Shown: positions 12,055 to 25,619 of the stretch, in pieces
Layout of the letters: each line of letters starts with the position of its first letter
Numbering within the stretch: position 1 is the stretch's first letter
NCBI GenBank assembly: GCA_023213395.1
Contig: CM041465.1
Location: 74,965,741-75,029,740 of the forward strand
DNA: 64,000 nt
DNA from: Cycas panzhihuaensis
Taxonomy: Eukaryota > Plantae > Cycadophyta
Direction of reading: 5' to 3'
Translations under genes and position numbers: made by a program
Notes under the pieces: model-generated
What the model saw: the letters and a program-made list of their open reading frames with translations, nothing else
Databases searched by the model: none
Told to the model about the DNA's origin: nothing

Positions 12055-15000
12055 TGATTATATCCAAATTTGCTGGAATCAATTTCTTTAATTAGAATAA
12101 GAGGATGAATCTTATTTTTATAGCCAAACAGATGTGGGAATTTGTTGAGGAAAGATTTGATAAACTTAGAGAAAATACCACTTTGGATGATAAAATAGTT
12201 TACAGAGAATGTGTTAAGAAGGACAATGAAGCCTTAGCTCTTATTTTCTATGCTCTAGAAGACTATATATTTCCTAGAGTGAGCAAAGCCACTACATTAA
12301 AGGAAGCTTGGGACACTCTAAAACTGATCTATGAAGGAGTTGTCTTAACCAAGCTTCAATCCCTTGGAAGAAAGTTTAAAAATTTGAAGATATCACCAAG
12401 AGAGACTGTTAATGAATTCATTACTAAGGTCCAAGACCTAATCAACCAGATAAGATCCCTTAGAGAAGTATTAATCAAATAAAGAGTTGTAGAAAGAATA
12501 TTAAGATGTATTAGAGAATTTAAATGATTTGAAATGGTAGCTACAAGTATCAAATTTTCAAAGGACCTAAGTACCCTTAAGATCGAGCAATTGAGTGCCA
12601 TGCTCCTTACTGTAGAAGAGAAGAAAGAAGGACAAGAAACCTTAGAATATGCCTTTGCCACAAAGGCAAGATTTAAGCAAAGTAACTAAGGACAAAGTTT
12701 TAGGGGGAGGGATCCATTCCCTAGAAGAGGAGAAAGGAATCAACAATCATATCAAGAATCAAAACCTAGGAATCAAAGGACATATTAAGAGTCCAATCCT
12801 AGATATCAATAATTAAGGTAATAATATCAAGAACCTCCCTCAAAGATACCAACCACCAAATCTAAGGTACCAAGGGAGGAATAACTTCAACAATAAAGGT
12901 AGAATGCAAGAACAAAATCATTATTGCCATGGATATAATCATTTTCAAGGATAAGAAAGTTATCTAACTCAAAATCAATGCTTTTAAGGACTAAATCATA
13001 TGGGTTGCCAAGGGTAAAATCAAACCCCATCTTTTGAAAGAGGTAGATCAACCTCTAGAGGTAGACGATCCTCTAGAAGTAGAAGCCATAGTCAAAGGAA
13101 TAAAGAACTAATACAATGCTTATAGTACCACAAAATTGGATATATAGAAGACCATTATTTTTTTAAAAATGCAAACCAGTAAAAAGGAAGTGCAAATAAC
13201 ATAACTAAAAGTATAGAAAATGATAGACTTTTCTTATCAAGTCTTATAGCCAATGAAGAAGAAGATAGCTTCTATATAGATTCAGGATGCTCAACTCATA
13301 TGATGCATAAGGAGGAAATCTTTAAAACTATTGATAGAACCAAAAGATAGTTGATCATGTTTGGAGACAACACTTTACATTAGTCAACTGGTAAAGGCAA
13401 TATTACCATCACCATAGAATTAAGACAATCTAGGTATATTGATGATGTACTATAGATACTTGCCTTGAAAAAGAACTTGCTTTCGGTAGGACAAATAATG
13501 GAACATGATTATAAGGTCATCTTCAATAATAAAAAATACATAATCAAAGACAAAAGTATGAACAAAGCCATTATAGCCAAGGGACAAGTAACTAGTGATC
13601 AACTATTTAAGCTAGTTATTCCTCTAATAGATATCTATGCATTAAAAGCCTCTACTAAAGTTGGAAGTGACACATGGCATAAACGATTTGGCCATTTAAG
13701 TTATAGTAGCTTAGCCGTAATGAAAAGAATGGAGATGGTTGAATGTTTACCTATCATTAGAGGAGATAAAGAAATATATGAAGGGTGTCTACTTGGAAAG
13801 TAGCATAGAGAGAGCTTTCTAGATAACAATTATAGAGCATAGGGTCCCCTCCAATTAGTATACATAGATTTTTGTGGTCCTATAGATGTATCCTCATTTG
13901 GAAGAGCTAAATATTTGATGATGTTCATTGATGACTTTACAAAAAAAACTTGGGTATATTTTTTAAAGTTTAAATTACATACTTATCAATGCTTTATTGA
14001 CTTCAAATCTTTTATGAAAAAATAAAGTGGATATAAAATCCTCTCCCTTAGATCAGACAAGGGGGGGAATTCACTTCAAATGAATTCAAATATTTTTGTA
14101 TCCATAATGGCCTAAGGCAATAATATACTAATCCATATACTCCATAACAAAATGGAATAGCTGAAAGAAAGAATAAGACCATTGTTGAGATGGAAAGGTG
14201 TATGCTTAAGGACAAGTAACTTGGGCATGAATTTTAGGTGAAAGTTATACACATAATCGTTTATCTATTAAATAGGTGTACCACTAAGGCCCTTATGTGG
14301 GTTACACTAGAAAAAGCTTAGACAAGACAGAAGCCAAGTATTCACCACTTGAGAATCTTTGGTCGTCTAGCATTTGCTCATATACTTGAGCAAAAGAGAA
14401 CCAAACCGGATAATAAATATACTAAATACATATTTATAGGATATTGTGATTCAACTAGATCCTATAAATTATTTGACCCCAAGGAAAAGAAGATAATCAT
14501 GAGTAGAGATATTATCTTCAAAGAGGACGATTATTATAAAGTAGAAGTTGAAAAGGACAAAGGGAAGTATATCATGGTAGAAGTTGAAAAAGACAAAGGG
14601 AAGAATATCATGGTAGAGTTTGATTCACGTCCTACATTGATAAATGTACCATTAAATGTGCCAACACAATATGGGTCAAGTCCTAATGAGGTTAGACCTT
14701 CCTCATTCAGTCACAATGTTCCAAAGTGGGTACAAAGACAATATGACTGAGTGAATATGCTTAATAACAATTTTGAAAGAGATCCATACACTCCAATAGG
14801 GTCAACTTTGCTTTAATGAGCCAAGTCATGGACTCATATGAGCCTCATACCTTTGAAGAGGCCAATACTAAATAGGAATGGTAAAATATAATGCAGGAGG
14901 TATGCAATGCTTTAGTCAAGAATGACACATGGGAACTAGTTAACCTTCTTCTAAATAAATCAACAATTATCACCAAATGGATTTACAAAACAAAATTAAG

Positions 15001-16355
15001 ATATGATGGATCTATTGATGAGAACAAAGCATGGCTAGTAGCTAAAGGATATGCTCAAATTGAAGGAATCAACTATAATGAAACATTTGTTCCTGTAACT
15101 CAAATAGAGATAATACGTCTTATGTTGAGTTTTGTTACATAAAATAGATGGACTATCCAACAAATGAAGTGCCTTCCTAAATGGATATATAGAAGAGAAG
15201 ATCTATATCCAACAACCATAAGGCTTTGAAGTTAAGGGGGAGGAAAACAAGGTATACAAACTCAAGGAATCCTTGTATGGATTAAAATAAGCACCTAGAG
15301 CTTGGTACTCTAGGATAGACAAATATTTTAGAGACAAAGGGTTCAAACAAAGTCAATTAGATCCTAACTTTTATATAAAGATTGAAGGAGACTCAATACT
15401 TATTATGCGACTATATGTTGATGATTTAGTCTACACAGGAAATGACTCTCAATTATTATAAAAATTTAAAGATGACATATGCAAAGAGTTCAAGATGGCT
15501 GATTTGGGCCTTATACATTACTTCCTAAGTTTGGAGGTATGGCAAGACAAAAATGGAATTTTTATATCTCAAAGGAAATATACACTAGATTTTCTTTAAA
15601 AGTTTAAGATGAATGATTGCAAGGCATTGACTATACCAATATAAATTAGAATAAAGCTATCCAAGCTCGATGATTCTGCATTAGTTAATCCTACACTTTA
15701 TAGGCAGCTGATTGATAGTTTAATCTACCTAATGTCAACTTGTCTTGATATTTTGCATTCAATAAGCATGGTATCTAGGTTTATACAAGAACCTAAGGTA
15801 ACACATTAACATACAACAAAGAGAATACTTCATTACCTAAAAGGTATAATTAGTTATGGATTACATTATAAGTCCTAAATAAATTTCAGGTCAATTGGTT
15901 ACATAGATTTAAACTAGGTAGGTTGTATTGATGATAAGAAATCCATATCTGCTTATACTTTTAGCATGGGATTAACATCAATTGTTTGGAGTACCAAGAA
16001 ATAAAACATAATATCCCTACAAAAGTAGAATATAAAGTAGTAATAACAAGAGCATGTAAAATAGTTTAGCTATGTTAGTTACTCTAAGACTTACAAATAA
16101 AACATGACAGACCTATACACATGATGTGTGACAATTAAAGTACAATTTAAATGACATGTAATATAGTGTTTCATAGATGAACGAAGCATATTGAAACATA
16201 ATATCAATTTATCAGGGAGTTAGTACAAGCAGGCAAGATTGAATTGGTTTATTACATCACAGATGAACAGGTGACATATATCTTTACTAAGGCTCTTGGA
16301 AGAATCAAGTTTCATATGTTTAGAGAAAACCTTGAAGTCATTCCTAATGAATATT
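12055..16355 (+). pseudogene. Copia-A gag-pol polyprotein, full domain order but disrupted
   Basis: Gag (ORF 12105-12482); protease YIDSGCSTHM (~13274); GAG-pre-integrase WHKRFGHLS; integrase (RSDKGG, QNGIAERKN); RT (ORF 14891-15142, LYVDDL); RNase H. Many stops. Confidence 0.95.
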
Positions 16356-16366
16356 ATAGGGGAGAA

Positions 16367-16638
16367 TGATGGAATAATAATCATTAGGACAATGTGGTGA
16401 CATTGGGAGGCATAGAGTTGATTCTATCCACCCTAGCTGACCCACTACCCAAATATTTCAATGGTGTTTATTAATACAAAGTGTTGGTAGATGTTGAGGT
16501 AACTCGATGACCTGACTACTTAAATGAGCCTCATGGCCCAAAGGTGTTTCTCAATACTTTCAATTTTATATGAAAAATTTTGTTTATTTTGTAATGTATA
16601 CCTTATAATCTCAATTTTGTTATGCTCTTGAGCTAACG
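16367..16638 (+). repeat. Copia-A LTR 3
   Basis: Follows PPT AGGGGAGAA; TGATGGAATAATAATCATTAGG...CTTGAGCTAACG. Confidence 0.92.
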
Positions 16639-19600
16639 TAAGTGATCTAATTTTTCTTATAATATGCATTGGCCTTATATAGATATATCACCTTATTATC
16701 ATCCAATCATATTTTACAATTACATTAACCAATTAGATCTTGCATGTGAAAATCTTTCATATCAACCAATAACTACTTAACCAATAATTAAACATTATAT
16801 TAATACCTATGAAATTCATATTCTAACACCCCCATTTAATGTTTAATTTATGGAATTCTTTAATGTCTTCATTTTTATGTTGAATCTTCATGCTAGATAA
16901 CCTATTCATCATGTGTCTTGTATCACCTATACATATCAATCATCAAACATATCTTCACCAAACTTCTCTCTTGTAATCAAATATCATCATGTTATATCTC
17001 ATATCTCACCACCTATAAATCAACATTAATTAAACATGACTTATAACTTATTAAAATATATGAAGTTTCTTGATAATAACTTCATATCTTCTACCTGTAA
17101 GTTGCAAAACAAACTCATCAACCTTATCAATAATCAAATTTAGTGATGTACATATAAAACAGTAACCATCTACCAAAACACATGGGTAACCAACCATTAT
17201 AATCATTAATTATCTAGAATATATTTATTATATGTGGTTCATCAATTTTATAAATAAAAGAATAGCATAATATGATTAGATAAATGTTGTAATAAGAGTA
17301 ACTAGCAAAGCTTATTTTGCCTCTTATCCTATAAGATATGAAAAACTCATGTGATACCTTCATTCACGATTCTACACAAAATAACCCTTACAATATTTTT
17401 AAATAATCAATCTCTCATAAATTCTCAAACCAACTAATTTTGGGAATAAGGTGTACTACCTAGCTTTTTAAATTCATTGTCATAAGGTGACATGTATAAT
17501 GTGTTCCATAACTCTTGTCATATATAACCATTAGATTTTTAATTGAAAACACATATCAATTGGACTCTTCAACAATTGAATTTGGTTTTATAAATAACTT
17601 GTAATAATTATTACTAATTTCAATAACTAATCAAACTTATGAGATTTTTTCATGTCCCATATCAGGTAGGTAACTCAATAATCACCTAACAAATTTGAAT
17701 CAAATATCAAGTGGTGTTATTTTATCTATCATTTAACATTCCTTCAAACACTAAAATAATTAGGTGATGTGTCCATCATGCAACCACATCGTGCATTAAA
17801 CCAAATGATTATTCATCATTTCATCAACTTGTGTAAAATTCATTTTATTAGTGGTAGCTACAACACTTCATCAAATATTTCCATATATTAGGGGGATTAA
17901 TATTATTATGTCCAACACATATCTGTTTATCAACCAAGTTTTTAAGTACTTTGTTTTGAAATTTTGAGCCATAAATATATGAAAAATGAGGCTTAATGTA
18001 TTTTTATTGTCATTTTTCAACCAACATGTGCCTATAATCATCATCATACATCCATTTTTATCAACATAGACTCAATAACCTTTAAAAATTAAAAAAACCA
18101 ATGCCAAATCATGTAAAATACACCTTATATTATGCAAAAAATTAATTATAAAGCTTTATCAATTAAAATATTAATTATATGAGCCTTGAAATTTGCCTTC
18201 CAACTAATCATTTTGACTATCTATGAGTCGTTTTTTAAAGGTGATTGACAACACTCAATTTTTTCTCCATATGCAAAAGTTATGTTGAAAAGTCTGTCAG
18301 TATACTATCAAAAAACATGGTGAGGTTAAAAAATGGTTTAAGCACCTCATGAAATTGGCCCTTCATTGTATTGCATGAACATGTGATTATCTAGTTTGCA
18401 TCCAAGGGGCTTGGGTAGACTTCAAAGCAAAATCTAGTTGAGTTAAATGTAAATAAAACATTGTAAGAAATAACCAAACATACAAAAATTCCATTATTGA
18501 ATAATGAATTAGGGTTTTGCCTTTCATATTATATTTGGGTAATTTTTTGAGATTTTATGCTATAATTTTGTTTAATCAACAAATCTATGGACTCCTTAGA
18601 CATCTACAAGCAAATCTTCCACTTCATATTTGTGTTCTCATTCATAGATTTACATTTTTATTTTGAGGAATCTATTATTCTTCATAGTTTCCTCTATCTA
18701 TGTAAGACAAATTTGACTTTCTTTATGGGCATCATCCATATCATTTATCCATGAGATGCCTCAATAGTTTCCTATAACAATCCACAATAAGCTTTCCCTT
18801 TTATAATGCTAGAATCTCCACTTATCATGCAATGGATATTGGCGTAACTCATTCAATAATAATAGGAACATCTTTAGATCTCAATGAATTGATCCCAACT
18901 CAAAATATCATAACTACAAAGGCAATAAGTATCATAGCTCTGATATAAATCAAATAGATGGTTGCACACAAATATATTTTATTACTATTAGGCACATATT
19001 TTATATTTGGCCATGCAAAAATGCAACCACAGGTTTGTAGAATATGGTGACTATATCAGAGATAATTATAGTGTAAAGGTAAGTTTATGGTAGGGATAGG
19101 CAAGTTTGAAATATTGGAAGACAATCGCTACCCTTAGTTCTGAGAATGACATAGTTGCATATGCCCCATGATGAAATTCTTCTCATAGAAGATGGAATAG
19201 GTCTATGTGTATTGCAAATTATTTGGAGCTTAGATGCTTGCAGAGGCACTCCTTTAATCATTGTAGAAGTAAATTATTTGTTGTTCGATGTTGAGTGCCT
19301 TATGATTTAGCATTCCATTCTCATTTTTGTAACTCAATATTATAGAGTGATCAATCCTACTTAGGTGATTCTTTTATGGATAAACTTCATAAATATGCAT
19401 GCTTGATATACATGCACCACATGCATACGATAAATGTTTATATTAATTTAATAAGTAAATAATATTACCTATTAATTTAAATGTTCAACTCTTTGACTTC
19501 ATATGTGGCTCTCTTCATCACTTTCAACACACCCTAGTTGTGGTCACATCTCATCAACATAACTTGGTTTTTGGTTCATTAATTAGTCATAAGGGGGCAC

Positions 19601-20857
19601 TTATAACCTGACCAAATGGTGATTATCAATGGGACAACTGTTGTGACTCCTTGACAATTCTAGCATTTAGCAACTTATTATTAGCATCACATATCATCTA
19701 ATTTTCAAACCCTCATATGTGCTAAAATATCAAAATTTTCATGTTAAATATGTGTTTCAATAAGAAAATAGTTGCCTTAAACCCTTATCAACCATTATAC
19801 ATTACTTGTCAAATTTTCTTATAAATGTAATCACTTGCAAAACTCTTGTAAAGCTTAGGATCTCACCCATTATCGATCATTGTAACAAATCAACATATCT
19901 TAAATCTCAATGCTAAATACTTGCCAATGGGCTTCCTTCTTGCCACTCAAAGCATACCGTAATGTTTGCCTTCAAATTATTGTAGATTAACACTACTATA
20001 GACCTACTATTATTTCTCACTTGTTAATAGAGCACCAATTAACATTTTACTCTGATAGGATGATCAATCCTGCATGGGTAATCATCTTATAGATGCTTTA
20101 TCAAACATCTACATGTTCTAAAATATAGGGCTATGTGTGTATAAATGTCTATGATAAATAAATAAATGAACAATATTACTTGTCAGTTGCATGTCAATCT
20201 TCACCATATATATGACTCTTCATGCAGCTCCTTTTAACTTTAACAGACCCCTATTATATGACAATAACATAACTCAGTTTTTCTCTTATCAAATCTTATC
20301 CATATTGGCTCTTGATACCATCTCATACTAGATTTTGTTACTAGCTCATACTAGCTTGATACTAACTCAATACTAACTTATATAGTGCATGCATAGATCA
20401 TTTTTAGATGATAAATATTATCACCATGTATGTGTAGTCATCAATATTCTACTTCTTACTTTTATTAGGCAACCCTATCTTTTCAAAACCTCTTTACTTA
20501 TGCTTAAAACTTCGACTTTAATACCATGTTAAAATTCATGATGTGACTTATATAGAAGGTAGGGTACCATGCTAAAGTTTGTTGCATAAGATAATAACTT
20601 AATGCAATAAAGGAGGAAATGTAATCGCATGATCAATTGAGCATATAATGAATGTGATAAATGAATAAGGATAAGGAAAAATATTCAATAATGCAAATAC
20701 CATATGTGGCACAATGTTTAATATGGAAAAACCATGAATGGGAAAAATGGTCTTCAAATCTATATGAGATCTCATATTAATGAATGATAATCAATAATTC
20801 TTATGGTCATCATTAATTAAACATTATATTAATATATGTGAAATTTATATTCCAACA

Positions 20858-23192
20858 TGAATAAACTTTGAAGAATGTTATAGGATAAGAAATATATTCT
20901 TTTATAGATGGATTTTCAGTCTATATTACTTGAAGATTGCGAAACAAGACTAACATAAGACAACCTTTATAATATAATGGGATTTGTATATATACAAGGT
21001 TATTTCTTTTAGATTGTGTAATACTTTGACTATATTTTAAAGGATTTTTACAATAGTCTTTAAGGAATTTATTCTTCAAATCTATTTAGATGACTTTGTT
21101 TGGGCTCCTTAAATATCATGTAACAAACTTATGACTGACATTGTAAAAATGCCATGAAGTTAAGATTTCCCTCAATCTTGATAAGTGCCAATTCTTAGTT
21201 ATCTTTGGAACATTGTTAGGGCATGTTATTTGTTGTTGAGGACTCCTAACTGACTTGAAAATGATCTAAGTTAGCTTAGACTTAGAACCACTAATGAATC
21301 TGATAATGATTAAATAATTCCTTAGTCATATGGGGTACTATAAGAAATTTATTTAAAAATATAAAGAAATTACTATGCCAATATGGGGCACTATAAGAAA
21401 TTTATTTTAAATTATAAAGAAATTACTATGCCACTATAGAAATTATTAAGAAAATATACTCCATTCATTTGGACCTAGAAGTACTAACAGGCATTCAAAA
21501 TATTGAAAAAAAATTAGTCAACACACATATCCTAAATTAGTCAAAGAATTTTCATGTCCATCTTAGTACTCTAAGTATAGTGACAAAAATAACTTTTGCA
21601 CAACCTGGGAGATGATTAATTGATCATTTAATTGCTTTTGGCAACTAATGATTAACCCAAGTAGAAAATAACTATATAACCATTGCACAAGTTTTAACAT
21701 CAACTATTAGCAAATTTTCTCCAATTTTATAGTAATCACCAAGCCTAGACATATTTAATCAATAAACTAATTTTGCAAGAATGAATGAGTCGGTGGTTAC
21801 AATTATTCTAAGAATTTAATTTCAAATTTTCTTAAAGCCTCACATAGTACATGTAGCCCTCAATCATTTATCATAATCAATACAAAATAAGAACTAGTTG
21901 GGTTTAAGGATGATTTCCTAGATGTAAAATTATATAGAGTTAAAGAAGTTTTAGAGGGATTTAAGGATATTGCAAATTTCTTATAGATATGATCAATACC
22001 GTTAGATTTTTCAACTAAGTAGAAGGTAGATTTAATCTTGAAAGTATTTGAAACTAATTAATTATAGGGTAATTATACTAGTTAGGACTAGATATAACAC
22101 TTTAGCAATATATTCCAAAACACGGGAGAGTAACGATTCTCTAAGAATCCCATAAAAGAGTATCGAGAGGCCATATGGAAAGAGAAACTTTAGTATAAAA
22201 GATACTTGAATTTTAATTCTGATGGTTGATCATGGTTAAGAATTCCCACACTTGGTTGTAAGCTTGTGATGTTTGTCAAAGATGGGTTGACTAGGAAAGG
22301 TAGATCACTTTCATTTAAATTCAATTATTAGAATGATATCATTTGTAAAATTAGAAATTGATTTTGTTAGGCTTATAAGCCTAGCTATGAAAAGGTTTGG
22401 TGCTAGATATATAATTGTAATTAATTATATGACCTTATAGTTTGAGGCAAAAGTGAAAAGATATTGTAATGCATAAACATTAGTCAAATTTTTGTTACAA
22501 TCAATAATCATTTGTTTTGGCTATCCATTAGAGTTGGTGAGTGTTTAATGAACTTATTTTATTAATCAAATAATTAAAAAGTTGAGATAGTTTCATGATT
22601 CAACATTATAAAAGTACTCCATACTATCCTTAATGCAATGGATTGGTCAATAGTTCCAATAAAATCTCATGGAAGGATTTGATAAGAACTTGTAATGTGG
22701 GTGGCTTAGATTAGGTAGATAAACTATATGTAATTTTATGGTCATTTAAAACGACCCATTGGAAATCAATAGGATAATTACCTTTTTAACTTGCTTATGG
22801 TGTTGGAGTGGTTATTTTAATTGAATTCATTGTTCTAAGCTTGAAAGGTGCTACAATCATGAAATGGGATGATCAATAGGATATCTAGTAATGAATGATT
22901 TAATTAATGAAATTAGATGAGATGACTTTATGTAAAGTAGTAATAAAAGATCACCATAACTCATCAGAGAACTTGGCATGATCGATAGATTAAGATAATA
23001 AGATTTAGGGGTGATGATTGTGTCTTACTGTATGAAAATAAATTTAAAGGTAAATTATGGAAGCTGAAAACATGAGTAGGGAATGTACATTCTAGATAAA
23101 TTATTGGCAAATAGGTTAGTAATCTTGTAGATGTTAAGTGATGGGTTGCTAATAGAGAAAGTGAATGACAATTAGTGATTTGGTAGGAGGGG
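20858..23192 (+). mobile_element. Ty3/gypsy pol, 3' part (RT-RNase H-INT), continuation of 7480-8169
   Basis: TLKNVIG.EIYSFIDGFS; YLDD (~21085); integrase CDVCQR (~22265) and PYYP.CNG (~22620); 53-bp tandem duplication at ~21328-21434; purine tract near 23185. Confidence 0.85.
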
Positions 23193-23551
23193 TCTACTCA
23201 TTTTAGAATATTTAGAATTGGGTTATGCATTTATCCACCTAAGAACTTTGGTTCATTAGCTTTGAGATCACCCATCCACTTTCATGTGAATTCACACATG
23301 CTTCTAAACATCGCATAAAAAAACATTGTTCATAGTTTAAAATTTTAGCTAAAATTATTGATGAAGAAATTTTATATGAACTCTTTAAATTTGCAAAGAT
23401 TTCACATATTAAACTAAGTTGGAATCCATGAAGAAATCTATCCCCAATTACTATAATCATAGTTTTATGCACTTCAATAAGTAACACTTCCTAAACCTAA
23501 GTGGGCTAGCACCATTTCCAACCCTAATGTTAAATTATAAGACCTACCTAC

Positions 23552-25600
23552 TATTGGAGTTAATAGTCATCACTCCACTCCCATCTTCCAACCAGGGGAG
23601 CACACCTCATCTTCTTCAATTTACACATGTGGGTGCTCAACATGTGTAGGTAAGTTTATGTCAATTTAAGTTAATTTCATTTAAGTTAAGTTATAATTAT
23701 TTTATTATTATTTAAATTTTAGAAGTTGAGGAGTTTCCCTCCTCCCCCAAACTATATAATTTGAGGGGTGTATAACCTTGGTGTCTTTAGACACTGCCTT
23801 CAATATTGGACATTTGTAATACTCTCTTCTACAATATGGATTGAATATAATGACTCTCATGATTGTGCATCAATAATCTATTGATGTATTGAAGTTTTAG
23901 TTATCTCTTTTATGTTCTGGCCTATTCTCCTACATGTTATTTCCTTCATCTGGTGTCAGAGCAGGTTTATGATCCATTGTTGAAGTTTGTTTTTGAAAAA
24001 GAAAAATTTATTGGCATTTTGAGGTAGATTTATTCACAAGTAAGAAATATCAGTATATTCATTTTCTACAAGTTTTTTCAACAATTTCTTATATTTTTTT
24101 TAATCAAATTTGATCATTCTTGAAGACATACTTGTGCTATAACAAAGATATTTCATATTTCTTCATATTTATACAGGTACACAGCTAAAAAATAATAAAT
24201 ATCAAGTTTTATCACTATACATAGGTTTTATCAACAAAATTTTATATATTTTTATCAAATATTTGACTATTTTCAAGCATATTTCTATCTATTTATCTAA
24301 TATTTTCTTAGATCTGTGAAGGAGATCAGCTGCAAGCAATATTTACTTAAAGTTTTCTTCAGATCTGCCATATATTTTTCAAATCTACACTTTTTATTAA
24401 ATATTTGACAGTTTCTTGGTTTATTTTGTTCAAATATTCAATATTTATTTCAGATATGCTTATTTTATCAAGTATTTCACCATTTTTTGCTATATTTTAT
24501 TTAGATCTACTATATATTTTTTTCAGATCTACTTATTTCAGTAATTATTTCAACTTTTTCTGGTACATTTGTTTGAGATCTGTAACATTTGATTCAGATC
24601 TGCTATATTTTACTTTAGATTTGTTACATTCTACTTCAAATTCGCTACATATATTTTTAGATCTACTTATTTTATGAATTATTTCACCATTTTTAGGTTG
24701 ATTTATTTTAGATCTGCAATAGAGCCTACAGATTTTCCATATTTACTTTAAATCTGCAATATTCATTCAAGTTTTTCTTAGATCTGCTATATATTCTTTT
24801 AAATCTATATATTTTATCATATACTTGATATTTTTTTCAAGTTATTTTTTCAGATCTGCAAGTTTTGGGTGCATATTCAATCCAATAAGCTTTCTAGAGA
24901 AGCATATACAACAGATCTCATCTTTGGAAGTCAACCTGCTGCAAGTCTACTACAGCTACATTACCAGGTTCTTCACATTTTTTTCAGATTTAAACATAGA
25001 TATTCCTTGGTTTCCTGATATATCTGCTTCATATACTTGAAATATTTAAGACTCAAACATACTTGCATTTTATTTATTTCATATATTTTTGTCAATATAT
25101 TTTAAAAATATTTTCTTTTATAGCACAATCTTTGCACGATTAAAATATTGAATATATACACTATTTTGTCTACGAAACATATACTATTTCTGATCTTGAA
25201 CATTGTATCACATTAGTGACTAAATCCTTATCTATTAAATCTGATACAAGATTGAGCAGCCATTGGCTCATAATCAAAGCTATTTTTTAGTGGATTAGTG
25301 CATCCATTTTCTTTTTTTTATTACAGTTTCTCTACTAGTTCCTTTATGCTTGGATCATTGAGTAGGTCTGATATTGCAAAAAAATCAAATGGATTTGTTG
25401 GAATTACTGCTCAAGAATCTATAGCCAAAATAAAATTTCACATTCCCTATTTCAAGGATGAAACATATTCTCTTGTATCAATATTGTGTATTACAATGAA
25501 AGTTATAATCAAATATCAAAAGGAACAATATTTATATACTAGTGATTCAAATTAAAATACTTTAAAATTGGAAAATATAGCTCTCTGAATGTATACTCAA
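23552..25600 (+). mobile_element. Truncated copia-type element B1: 5' LTR 23552-23948, PBS, AT-rich leader, gag start
   Basis: LTR homologous to 32292-32703; PBS TGGTGTCAGAGC at 23951; gag-like KIKFHIPYFKDETYSL...ITMKVII at ~25430. Confidence 0.75.
24300..25030. repeat. Degenerate AGATCT(G/A)C-core repeat array in the leader of B1
   Basis: At least ten AGATCT hexamers in T-rich spacers within ~620 bp. Confidence 0.75.
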
Positions 25601-25619
25601 TTAAGAAACACATGTATTT

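Larger units (their letters stand above)
8170..20857 (-). mobile_element. Non-autonomous LTR retrotransposon with degenerate gypsy-type pol fragments. 3' LTR 8170-8481 + 16639-16828; 5' LTR 20527-20857
   Basis: Related LTR copies. Reverse-complement PBS (GACTTTAATACCA) before 20527 and reverse-complement PPT (CCCCCATTTAA) after 16828. TSD TGAAC (8165-8169) / TGAAT (20858-20862). Host RT reads across the insertion. RNase H-like remnants near 17.3-17.5 and 19.9-20.1 kb. Confidence 0.8.
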
